Position numbers and translations under genes: made by a program
Assembly: GCA_045644425.1 (NCBI GenBank)
Contig: JAZRGW010000023.1
Location: 71,592-135,591 of the forward strand
Reading direction: 5' to 3'
From: Victivallaceae bacterium
GTDB taxonomy: Bacteria; Verrucomicrobiota; Lentisphaeria; Victivallales; Victivallaceae
DNA: 64,000 nt
Shown: positions 18,478 through 27,244 of the stretch, in pieces
Layout: each line of letters starts with the position of its first letter
Numbering within the stretch: the first letter of the stretch is position 1
Notes under the pieces: generated by a model
Database searches by the model: none
What the model saw: only the letters and a program-made list of their open reading frames with translations
Told to the model about the DNA's origin: nothing

Positions 18478-18525
18478 CTTATTTATTCCCCCTTTTCAAT
18501 ACCTTTTGCAAATAATGTAGCATCA

Positions 18526-18833
18526 TTAAAAAATCTTTTCAAGCAATGCTTTGAATATTTCCGGATTACGGCGATCCATCGCTTCTGGAAGCGTGGATTT
18601 TGCGACAACTTCAATTCCGAGATGATAAAGGCGTTTGTGATCAGCAGGCAGAGTGCTTTCAATTTCACGCAAAGAATCCTTACCGGAAATTTTAGCAATG
18701 AGCAAAGTCAGAAATTGTTTCCATGCGGTGAAATGCTTGCAATATCGGTCTTCGCCGGACTTTTTACGATTTTTTCAAAACGATATCGGGATACGAAGTT
18801 GAAAAGTTGAGAATATATGCTATTGTAATACAT
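18526..18833 (-). mobile_element. IS4-family (DUF4372-type) transposase relic, frameshifted and 3'-truncated
   Basis: The minus strand reads ATG 18833 MYYNSIYSQLFNFVSRYRFEKIV. After a -1 shift in an A5 run (~18762-18766) it continues KKSGEDRYCKHFTAWKQFLTLLIAKISGKDSLREIESTLPADHKRLYHLGIEVVAKSTLPEAMDRRNPEIFKALLEKIF*. The D-x-Y-x-K-x-F-T-x-W ... SLR-x-I ... LYHLG ... STL pattern is the N-terminus of IS4-type transposases. Only about 100 of the expected ~370+ aa remain. Confidence 0.65.
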
Positions 18834-18967
18834 CGTTCTGGACTTTCGTGTTAAATATTAAAGATTTGAGCGTTTTTAATATATAACAAGTCCCGACAAT
18901 TTCAATTAACTCCGGTAATTTTTACCGGACAGTAGTGGCTTTGAATAACTGTTTTACTGTTTACAAA

Positions 18968-20152
18968 ATGAAAAAAATTCTTGGACTTTTATCTCTGGCA
19001 GCGGCAACTGTTTTGGGTGCCGGTGATTTACGACATCAGAAACCGGATGTTTACTGGGATCTGGATATACTGAAAGTAAAACCGACTTACCGCAAAGCTG
19101 ATTTCCCCGACAGTCAGGTAGATGGTTTGCAGGCGATTCTGATCAAAGGTTACGGCACAGCTCCCGGTGACAAAACCATCAAAGGAAATAAACCCAATCC
19201 GTTATCAACCAAAATCAGTGCCGAGTTTTTCGCTTATATGGGTTTCCCCGACAAACCGGTTCCCACCGGCGGCTTTCCCGGTGTAGTGATGATCCACGGC
19301 GGCGGCGGAACCGCTTACCCGAAATATGCAAAAAAATGGATAGATAAAGGTTATGCGGTGATCATGCTTGACTGGTACAACTGCCGGCCGGTTCCGCAGA
19401 AAACAGGAAAAACCAAAAAAGTTCCGCTGGATGGCGGTCCGCGGCAGGACCATGTGGCAAATGTGGCAAATATGATCCTTTCCCACACTGTTCTGCGGTC
19501 ACAGCCGAATGTGAATCCCGATAAAATCATCTTTGCCGGACTTTCATGGGGCAGCTGGTACGGGGCAATGGTCGCCGCCATCGACCACCGTTTCAAAGCC
19601 GGTATTGAAATCTACTGCGGCGACATCAAAGAGAGTGACATTTTTACCAACGGCAGATTCCATCAGGATATCAAAATACCGCTTTACTGGATCGTCGGCA
19701 CCAATGACAAACATACGACCGTACCGACGATCACCAAAGCATTCAAAGTCTGTCCCAAAGTCTACAACCGTTCGATTGTTATCAAACTGCCGCATTCACA
19801 TGTGGGATTTGACTTTGAATGTTGTGAACGTATGGCGGCTCATTTCCTCAAAGGAGAAGTAAATCTGCCGAAATTGAGCGATATCCGATACAAAGACGGC
19901 ATTGCAACAGCTACGATCCTCGATCATGGCAAAGGGATCAAAGAAGCTTATCTCTGCTACACCGATTCCACCGATCCGGTCTATTACAAACGGGAATGGA
20001 AAAAAATCCCCGCTGCGGTCAAAGGTAATTCGATCTTGGCAAAAGTTCCGGAAAATGCAAACTCCTTTTATCTGACCGCTTTCGACGAAAAATCCCGGTT
20101 CAACACCCTTTGCGGTTCAACCAACGGAATTGTGCTTGAGAACCAAAAATAA
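18968..20152 (+). CDS. Secreted alpha/beta hydrolase, acetyl-xylan-esterase/dienelactone-hydrolase-like
   Basis: Signal peptide from ATG 18968 (the track's GTG 18935 is less likely). VVMIHGGGGTA, nucleophile elbow GLSWGSW, and a late PHSHVGF. Confidence 0.75.
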   Translation: MKKILGLLSLAAATVLGAGDLRHQKPDVYWDLDILKVKPTYRKADFPDSQVDGLQAILIKGYGTAPGDKTIKGNKPNPLSTKISAEFFAYMGFPDKPVPTGGFPGVVMIHGGGGTAYPKYAKKWIDKGYAVIMLDWYNCRPVPQKTGKTKKVPLDGGPRQDHVANVANMILSHTVLRSQPNVNPDKIIFAGLSWGSWYGAMVAAIDHRFKAGIEIYCGDIKESDIFTNGRFHQDIKIPLYWIVGTNDKHTTVPTITKAFKVCPKVYNRSIVIKLPHSHVGFDFECCERMAAHFLKGEVNLPKLSDIRYKDGIATATILDHGKGIKEAYLCYTDSTDPVYYKREWKKIPAAVKGNSILAKVPENANSFYLTAFDEKSRFNTLCGSTNGIVLENQK

Positions 20153-20191
20153 AATCAGAGGAAATCTGCTCCGGATTTTCCCTGATTTTTT
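20153..20191. terminator. Bidirectional terminator between convergent genes
   Basis: Imperfect stem AATCAGAGGAAATC / GATTTTCCCTGATT, flanked by A4 on the left and T6 on the right. Confidence 0.65.
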
Positions 20192-20200
20192 ACACCGGTT

Positions 20201-21310
20201 TCATAAACCGTTTTCTTTTGCCCATTTCGCCAGAGATGATAGATGGTACGGAATATCCAGATGCTGCGGGCAGACATTGGCACAGCAGGAACAATTCACG
20301 CAATCATCGGGAGAGTGTTTCGCCGTATGTGCCTTGTAGCCATTGGTTATCCGCGGGATCGCTCCAAAAATTCTGGTGTTGTTGAGCAGGCGGATGAAAC
20401 CGGATATCGGCAATTCCAGCGGGCACTCCGCAAGGCAGTAACCGCAACCGGTACACTCAACCATCGGATTTCTATTCAAAAACGCCCGGAGTTGACCGAG
20501 AGTCTGCAGTTCTTCGTCACTTAACGGTTCAAAATTTTCCATCAATGCGATGTTATCCTGAAGCTGCTCCATATTGGACATGCCGCTTAAAACGGTATCC
20601 ACTGCATCAAGTCCTGCAACGAAACGGATTGCCCACGAAGCAATGGAAAGTTCAGGAGCAGCTTTTTTCAAGATGGCAGCTCCCGCTGACGGCAATTCCG
20701 CCAGCAAACCGCCTTTGACCGGTTCCATAACCAGAATCTTTTTCCCGTATTTCCGGGCAGTTTCATAACATTCTCTGGAACGCACTGCCGGATTTTCCCA
20801 GTCGATATAGTTGATTTGCAGCTGAACACAATCCATTTCAGGATATTCAGCAAGAATTTTATCCAGAAGTTCCGGTTTACCGTGAAACGAAAATCCTGCT
20901 TCGAGTATCAAACCCTTTGATTTTTTTTCCAGAACAAAGTCGAAATATCTTTTCGCTATGATATCCGGATAAAGTTTTTCTTCCACCGAGTGTACCAGAT
21001 AGCGGTCGAAATATTCCAGACCGGTAACTTGAAGCTGATTGTTGAAAAACTTTTCCGCAGTGGAATCTTCCGCGATCCGCCATGATGAAAGTTTATCGGC
21101 GATTTCAAAAGCATCGCGGGGATGCCGCTTAACGATACACTCTTTGACCGCAACTTCAGAAAATGTATCATGATATATTTCTGCGGTATCAAATCTGCGG
21201 AATCCATGTTCCAGAAAATAATCAACCATCCGGTCGGTCTGAATATGATCGATTTTTTTATCAGCATCCACCGGCAGCCGCATCATTCCGAAGGCAAGTT
21301 CTTTTTTCAT
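20201..21310 (-). CDS. Aldo/keto reductase fused to a C-terminal 2x[4Fe-4S] ferredoxin domain
   Basis: AKR core (FGMMRLP..., YHD, DRYLVHS) plus CTGCGYCLAECP and CVNCSCCANVCP. Start ATG 21310 has a GGAGA RBS; the track start 21358 is unlikely. Confidence 0.85.
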   Translation of the reverse strand: MKKELAFGMMRLPVDADKKIDHIQTDRMVDYFLEHGFRRFDTAEIYHDTFSEVAVKECIVKRHPRDAFEIADKLSSWRIAEDSTAEKFFNNQLQVTGLEYFDRYLVHSVEEKLYPDIIAKRYFDFVLEKKSKGLILEAGFSFHGKPELLDKILAEYPEMDCVQLQINYIDWENPAVRSRECYETARKYGKKILVMEPVKGGLLAELPSAGAAILKKAAPELSIASWAIRFVAGLDAVDTVLSGMSNMEQLQDNIALMENFEPLSDEELQTLGQLRAFLNRNPMVECTGCGYCLAECPLELPISGFIRLLNNTRIFGAIPRITNGYKAHTAKHSPDDCVNCSCCANVCPQHLDIPYHLSSLAKWAKENGL

Positions 21311-21666
21311 AAATAAATCTCCGTTTTCAAAACATAAATATAACAGAGGTAATTGCAAAAGTCAATCAAAAAAAGATAGAAAAACAGCGTCGTCGAGCAG
21401 AATGTGGCAATCAGACGGTGCTGATCCAAGCGGGACCCCAAAAAATGCTCCTGTTTCAGACTGCAACGGAAATTTTTCAGAACTTTTGAAATTGCCTCAT
21501 AATACAGCACCCCCGAAAAACGGTTTGCAGTATCCCGGCACCTGTTTTTAAGAAAAAATTTTCAAAAATTTGAAATTTTTCCGCAAATACCAGGGGTCAC
21601 CGGATGCTGAAAATGTGGTCATGCGGCCCGATGAGATGGCGGTATACCGCCAGTTCCGGAAAAAGT

Positions 21667-23574
21667 TTATTTGATTTTTAAAATGGTCAATTCATAACAT
21701 GCCATACTGCGGTCAGTTACTGCAACACCATCGGTATATTGAAAATCAATCTTCTCCCATTTTCCTTCCGGAGTCAAATACCGGATTGCTGACGGTTTTA
21801 CGGAACAACGGATCGAGAGATTTTCAACCGGATCAAAATTGAGATTAAGTATTGCCATAATAACCTCGCCTTCCGGATTTTTCCGGGTGAGTGCGGCAAA
21901 ATTCTGTTCATGTTCCACACTGAAATCGACAGTTTTACCACCAATCCTTTCCAGAACATTCAACATCCACAATTTTCTTTTCAGATTATGGGTATCATTG
22001 GTAAAAACTCCGACACAAAAGCCTGTGGTACAAATCACCCCGCCGAGAGAGTTTCGGAAAATCACCGTCGCCGGAGCAACTTTTTCCAATTCATCTGATC
22101 CGGCAGACGGAGAATATCCATACCAGGTCAACACTTCTGCTCCTCCGGCAAGGGCAGATAAATAAGGCGTGTATTGATTTTTGCCGCTGCCGATAAAATC
22201 ACCGGGAGTAAAATATTCCCGGTTGAAACGGAAAGATTTGACTTCTGCCTTAACACCAAGATATTCGGCAAATCCTCTTTTTGTAATGGCAACTGCGGCC
22301 TGCCCATCGACCAACAGTTTTCCGGAAAGCATCTTTTTCAACTCATCATCGGAAAAACGGGCAACTGCCTTTTCTCCGGCAAGCATGTAAATTCCGGGTC
22401 TATCCAGTTCAAAAGAGCAGTAAAACGGTATACCGAATACTGCACACATCACTTCTGCCCAGTTGCTTTCATCTATAAATTTTTCACTGGGATCGGCAAT
22501 ATGCCAATTCTTAAATCTCCTGGTACCCGGCAGAATCAGACCGGTAAATTCAGAATTATCGACTTCGTTGACAAGAGTCTGGTATAATTTCTGATTTTCA
22601 GCAATGATATCGGTATAATTTCTGGAAACGGGCAATCCATATCTCCGGGAATTGACCAGCCATATTTTTGCTCCCTGCATTCCCGCCATGATGCTGGTGC
22701 AGAGTTTGGCATGCATACTTGTCGCAGAACGGCTGTATGGAGTATGAGGAAATGTATCCGCTTCATCCAACACCACCGGCACATCTTTATGAGCAGCACG
22801 CAGAGCCAGAGAACGAACAAGAACAATCGGAAAAATTTTTGCTCCGGCTTCCATGTAATTGGCATTGCAAACCCGCATGACTGCCGGATGATTTTTCCCG
22901 GCAAATGCTTTTGCCACCTGATCGTTAAATCTTCTTTCCCATCCAGGCATGCAGCTGCCGGCTGGTATCGCCGGATTGACAGAATCTATCGCCTGCCGGA
23001 CAAGTGATGCCACACCGTTGACCATTTCACGCTGAAGTTTGAGAAAAGTTTCAAAAACCACATCTCCCGGCTTGGAATCCTTTACCGCCTGACGCAATTC
23101 ATCTGCAGTAAAATTTTTGCCGGTACGTTCGTTAAAAAGTGCTACATGACGGGCACAGAAACACTCTGCTGCGGGAGAATAAGCCCTTACATCATCATCA
23201 CCAAGCATGAATACCGGATTTTCCTTTGCCAATTCTGTGACAAAGTAAATGATATATTTTTGAAAATCAGGATCAAGTGGACAGAAACGGGAAGCTTTAC
23301 CATTAATATCCACCGCACGCATCCATGCTTCTTCATGGCTGTCTGTTCGCGGCCAATGTCCCAAAATGCTTTGCAGCAGCACACCGAGTTTTACCCCGCT
23401 GCCATTAAGTTCCGCCTTTAATTTACGGTAACTTGCGATCATCCGGTCAGCTTTTTTCCGGGCTGGAAATCCTTCGGGATGCAGGGTCATGCTGTAAAGC
23501 ACGATTTCATTACCTGTACGCCGGCAATATTCGATCATATCCTTTGCCGCCTGATCCTCTGAATCAATCGACAT
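21667..23574 (-). CDS. GH42-like/GHL-type TIM-barrel protein of unknown specificity (N-terminus probably detached, see 23600-23707)
   Basis: 635-aa ORF. It has an AECFCARHVALFNERTGKNFTADEL segment resembling the GH42 C-x-C-x2-C zinc site. There is no RBS before ATG 23574. Confidence 0.7.
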   Translation of the reverse strand: MSIDSEDQAAKDMIEYCRRTGNEIVLYSMTLHPEGFPARKKADRMIASYRKLKAELNGSGVKLGVLLQSILGHWPRTDSHEEAWMRAVDINGKASRFCPLDPDFQKYIIYFVTELAKENPVFMLGDDDVRAYSPAAECFCARHVALFNERTGKNFTADELRQAVKDSKPGDVVFETFLKLQREMVNGVASLVRQAIDSVNPAIPAGSCMPGWERRFNDQVAKAFAGKNHPAVMRVCNANYMEAGAKIFPIVLVRSLALRAAHKDVPVVLDEADTFPHTPYSRSATSMHAKLCTSIMAGMQGAKIWLVNSRRYGLPVSRNYTDIIAENQKLYQTLVNEVDNSEFTGLILPGTRRFKNWHIADPSEKFIDESNWAEVMCAVFGIPFYCSFELDRPGIYMLAGEKAVARFSDDELKKMLSGKLLVDGQAAVAITKRGFAEYLGVKAEVKSFRFNREYFTPGDFIGSGKNQYTPYLSALAGGAEVLTWYGYSPSAGSDELEKVAPATVIFRNSLGGVICTTGFCVGVFTNDTHNLKRKLWMLNVLERIGGKTVDFSVEHEQNFAALTRKNPEGEVIMAILNLNFDPVENLSIRCSVKPSAIRYLTPEGKWEKIDFQYTDGVAVTDRSMACYELTILKIK

Positions 23575-23599
23575 CGGCAGAATATTGTAAAAAGTAAAT

Positions 23600-23707
23600 T
23601 CAGTTTTTTTTCATTGGTTCCTCCTTTTTAAATCCGCCACGTCCGGCACATGCGGAAAATCCGAGCATGATACACACCACCGAAATATTTATAATATTTA
23701 TTCTCAT
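23600..23707 (-). CDS. 35-codon ORF encoding only a lipoprotein-type signal peptide; probable detached 5' end of the 21667-23574 gene
   Basis: AAGGAG lies 8 nt upstream of ATG 23707. The product is MRINIINISVVCIMLGFSAC-AGRGGFKKEEPMKKN*. The ORF ends in ATG-A8-C-TGA. With A7 it would be in frame with MSIDSEDQ... Confidence 0.5.
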   Translation of the reverse strand: MRINIINISVVCIMLGFSACAGRGGFKKEEPMKKN

Positions 23708-23868
23708 AAACAAAACTCCTTCAGCATGATCAAATGTTATCCGCAATGTTCCATTACAGCACGGCGAAGAAACAAAAAAGCAAATTCAAACTTATTTTCG
23801 CAGATGCAAGCGGACACGAAAACAATATTGATGATATGATCACCAATTTTTTCATCCGCGTTCTCCTT

Positions 23869-26800
23869 TTATTTTGTCAAGCCGACACCTTCCTGTTTGA
23901 CCCCATCCCCGGAACACCATACCGCATCTTTTCCACGCTCCTGACGCTCTAGAAAACCAAATGCCGGATCAGGAAGTATTGAATGTCCACCCTCAAACAA
24001 TGTCAAACGCACCTTACCGGAAACCCGTCGGAAAAGCACCTTGCTTTTTCCGAAAGCCGGATCATCTGCCTCACGGAATTTCAGATGTTCTGGAACAGCT
24101 TCATTTTTATCCATATAAGCCATATCTGCCTCGGAAACCCGATCTTCTTCCGCTGCCAGAGCATTGAATGCACGTACTGCATGAGATACGGGAACTCCGG
24201 GGTGTCCGTCGTGGATACCGGTGGCGATATCAACTATTCCTTTGCCTTTCGCCCCCGGCAGATGAGTCAACGGGGAACGGTGCCGTGCCTCTGCTGCTGC
24301 TTTTTCATCCTTTGCCGGATCACCGCCGCAGGCACACATGATGTTGTAATCATAACTTTTATCTTCCGGGTTGGGTTTCATTTTGCTGATTTCCGCACAC
24401 CACTTTGCCACATCGGTAATAGGACACCACGCTGAAACCGCCGTCCAGATCTCCGGACGCCGCCCTGCCATAAGCAATGCCGCATGACCGCCGCCTGAAC
24501 CGCCGACCAGATAAATTTTTGACTCATCCACTTTGTAATTTTTCCGCACAAATTCAACAGCACACTCCAGATCGGAAACAACCAGATCCGAACCGCACGC
24601 TTCCGGAGTATTATTCGGTCCCCGGAAGTAGGGAAAAATAAAGTGCCAGTTACGCTCTTTGCACCGCTCAAGAAAATGCTCATACGCTTTGTCTATACCA
24701 TAACTCCAGGTATGCAGACAAACTGCCAGCGGTCGCGGATCATTTCCGGAAGCCGGCAGAAAAAGTGCAGGCTGCATAGTGTTATCTTTTTTGGAAAGAT
24801 AATGTATCGTTTGTAATTTTTCTATTTCTTTTTCTTCAACACCCTCAATAAACACCGCCCGCCATGGTGCGATCGACGGGATTTCCAAAATTATTTCTTC
24901 TTCATTTTGAGATATGACTTTCAAATCAACCGGTTCCGCCATCTGCCGCTGTAAGCGGTACTTTTTGTATGCCGGACGCCGCAGAGCCACCTGCAGTTCA
25001 GGAGTATCTCCGGCTGCAGAATTGAGCAGAAATACTCCGGCTGCTTTGCCGTCAGGAGTGATCCTTGCAAAAGGACATACCGCATAACCGGATGTAAGAA
25101 TTCTGACTGCCATTTTTCCGGGAACAACCTTATCCAAAGCATCTAAAATACACTCTCTGCGGTAACCTGTCCAGCCATGCCAGATATTCAGGAACTGCAC
25201 CAGTACGATTTTGCCGCCGAATTCGGTCGGAATTATTGCAGAAGCTCCCACATCGGCATCATCAACACCCTGAATTTTGCTGGTGAAGATCACATCATTG
25301 CTCATCCGCCGAAGCATCTTGAAGACATTTTCCGCTCTTTTGCCGTTGGGAAATAGTTCAATGGCACAATCGGAAATCAAATGGAAATTCTTTTTCGGCT
25401 CATTCAGTTTGACTTTTTTGACGAAAGCCAGTTCAGGGAATTTTTCACTGATGATCTCAAAGGCTTTCACATCCATCAGTACCGGTTTTGCAAAACATTT
25501 TGCCAAGTCTTCTTTGCCCAGAGAAAGGGCGGAGCGTTCACTCAATGCGAAAACTTCCGGTGCCGCTCCGGGAAGTGACATGGGCAGACCGTTTTCCATC
25601 AGCCGCTCTTCGGTTTCATCGGTTTTGCCCTGCCACTCAGGCAAAGCAAGAGCTTCATTGCCCATATAAACGGCACAACCGGCAAGTTCAGTTTTGACGG
25701 TGGTATCCCGCACCGCTTTAATGAAAGGACGGTGCAAAGAAGCAGTACGCATGAAAAAATCGTAATTTTCTTCGGATTCCATATTATCCGGTCCATGCCA
25801 GTAGATCGAGGAGAATTCCGCACCGGCAGCGATGACCATTGCCGCTTCCGTCATGAGCGTACCCGGACTTTTCTGAACGGAAATATGGGGATAATTCTCA
25901 CCTTCGTTGCAGACCGCACCTTTGAAGCCGAGGGCTTTCATCCGGGCAGCTTCCCTGCCGACATCAAATGACTTGCGGATCATATCTCTGGGAAAAAGGT
26001 CATGGTAAAATCCGCCGCCGGCTCTGACTGCGATCTTTTTATTATCTTTCCCCGCAAGACCGCGGTAATATTGCAAACCATCTTCGTTATCATATTTATT
26101 GGTGGAGCGTGTCCTTTGCAGTGCCAACAGGCAGGAGGGGTGTGCTTCATCAACTGCCCTGCGGAATGCGGCACAGCACTCTTCGATCATTTCAGCGTTG
26201 AATTTCACCCATCTGCGGCGGATATCCAGAGGATTTTTTCCGTTTTCAAGCTCATTGACCAGCGTTTCTCTGGTAAATGCAGTTCCGTTTTTATCATTGA
26301 AAAGTTTCAGACAGCGGGGGCAGAAACAGATCATTCTCTCTCTTGCTCCGAGACGCATATCATCATCCGGCCAGAGAGAATCCAGTTTCAATATCCGCAA
26401 ATATATCGCCGCTGAATCGTGCAGATACTGCCGGACTTCGGAAGAAGATGGACACAGATAACCATATATTCTGTTACCGTCTTTGTCGATACTCCATGAC
26501 TCCTCTTTAAAGGGATAACCATTGGGGTTCGGGGTACTTCTCACGGAGTGCCCCAGTGCCATGACCTGCAATCCCACTTTGATATTGCGTTTACGGAACT
26601 CATTCACCAGCGGGAGCAGATGTTTTGCATGTGCTTCCACCTCTTTCAGGTCACGCATATTGCTCCAGGATCCAGATGCCAGCCAAACGTCATCGAAAGA
26701 ACCGGGATAGCGATCTAAATCACGCAGAATCTGATTGGTCACTTCTCCGATATTTGCCGACATCAGCCGCAAACTCATCAGAGGAATATCCATGATTGCA

Positions 26801-27063
26801 GGTTTTTCCCCGATAAATACATTTTTAACGATCTTTTTTTCTCCGGTTGCCGGAGCCGAGACGGTCAAATCGTATGGACCTCCGGCGGGAAGAGTCGGTA
26901 ACTTTGCCATAAATTCGCCATCGGCTGCAGCCTTGACGGAAACTTTTTTACCGGCAAGAGAAACTTCCAATTGTGCATTCGGGGCAGCTTTGCCGTATAC
27001 CGGAATATCACTTCCGGATCGTAAAACCATTCCATCCTGAAAGAACAAATTCAAATTTATCAT
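23869..27063 (-). CDS. Multidomain protein: Ig-like (sialate-O-acetylesterase N-terminal-like) + GH42-like barrel + C-terminal S9/esterase alpha/beta hydrolase
   Basis: Start ATG 27063 has an AGGAG RBS (the track start is 27132). The N-terminus is FFQDGMVLRSGSDIPVYGKAAPNAQLEVSLAGKKV...DGEF...LPAGGPYDLTV. The middle has ICFCPRCLKLFNDKNGTAF. The C-terminus has YLVGGSGGGHAALLMAG plus GIHDGHPG. Confidence 0.75.
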   Translation of the reverse strand: MINLNLFFQDGMVLRSGSDIPVYGKAAPNAQLEVSLAGKKVSVKAAADGEFMAKLPTLPAGGPYDLTVSAPATGEKKIVKNVFIGEKPAIMDIPLMSLRLMSANIGEVTNQILRDLDRYPGSFDDVWLASGSWSNMRDLKEVEAHAKHLLPLVNEFRKRNIKVGLQVMALGHSVRSTPNPNGYPFKEESWSIDKDGNRIYGYLCPSSSEVRQYLHDSAAIYLRILKLDSLWPDDDMRLGARERMICFCPRCLKLFNDKNGTAFTRETLVNELENGKNPLDIRRRWVKFNAEMIEECCAAFRRAVDEAHPSCLLALQRTRSTNKYDNEDGLQYYRGLAGKDNKKIAVRAGGGFYHDLFPRDMIRKSFDVGREAARMKALGFKGAVCNEGENYPHISVQKSPGTLMTEAAMVIAAGAEFSSIYWHGPDNMESEENYDFFMRTASLHRPFIKAVRDTTVKTELAGCAVYMGNEALALPEWQGKTDETEERLMENGLPMSLPGAAPEVFALSERSALSLGKEDLAKCFAKPVLMDVKAFEIISEKFPELAFVKKVKLNEPKKNFHLISDCAIELFPNGKRAENVFKMLRRMSNDVIFTSKIQGVDDADVGASAIIPTEFGGKIVLVQFLNIWHGWTGYRRECILDALDKVVPGKMAVRILTSGYAVCPFARITPDGKAAGVFLLNSAAGDTPELQVALRRPAYKKYRLQRQMAEPVDLKVISQNEEEIILEIPSIAPWRAVFIEGVEEKEIEKLQTIHYLSKKDNTMQPALFLPASGNDPRPLAVCLHTWSYGIDKAYEHFLERCKERNWHFIFPYFRGPNNTPEACGSDLVVSDLECAVEFVRKNYKVDESKIYLVGGSGGGHAALLMAGRRPEIWTAVSAWCPITDVAKWCAEISKMKPNPEDKSYDYNIMCACGGDPAKDEKAAAEARHRSPLTHLPGAKGKGIVDIATGIHDGHPGVPVSHAVRAFNALAAEEDRVSEADMAYMDKNEAVPEHLKFREADDPAFGKSKVLFRRVSGKVRLTLFEGGHSILPDPAFGFLERQERGKDAVWCSGDGVKQEGVGLTK

Positions 27064-27244
27064 AACTGCAGCTCCTAAAAAAGATTTCTGTAAAAGTTTG
27101 TGCTTATGCAAAAACTGTATAAAAAAGTTCATTTTGTAAACTCCCTGTTAAAATATGCAACTATATCATCAATTTCCGGCATGGCAAGCACTTCCCGGTA
27201 ATCATAATTGCGTTTGAAATTTGATGATCTTCAAACACCCCATA

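Noticed and set aside
18483-18810. Track ORFs 18483-18698 (-) and 18622-18810 (+)
   Set aside because: A different minus-strand frame pair gives a clear IS4-type transposase N-terminus. The tracked ORFs are by-products of that relic.
21311-21666. 355-nt non-coding gap examined for a riboswitch, sRNA or tRNA, including an AT-rich near-palindrome AAAATTTTCAAA-AA-TTTGAAATTTTT at about 21555-21580 and a GGCGGTATACCGCC hairpin at about 21638-21651
   Set aside because: I recognised no known riboswitch core or tRNA fold. The palindrome is low-complexity A/T and the hairpin lacks a T-tail on either strand. It probably holds just the promoter and leader of the AKR gene, but it needs a covariance-model scan to be sure.
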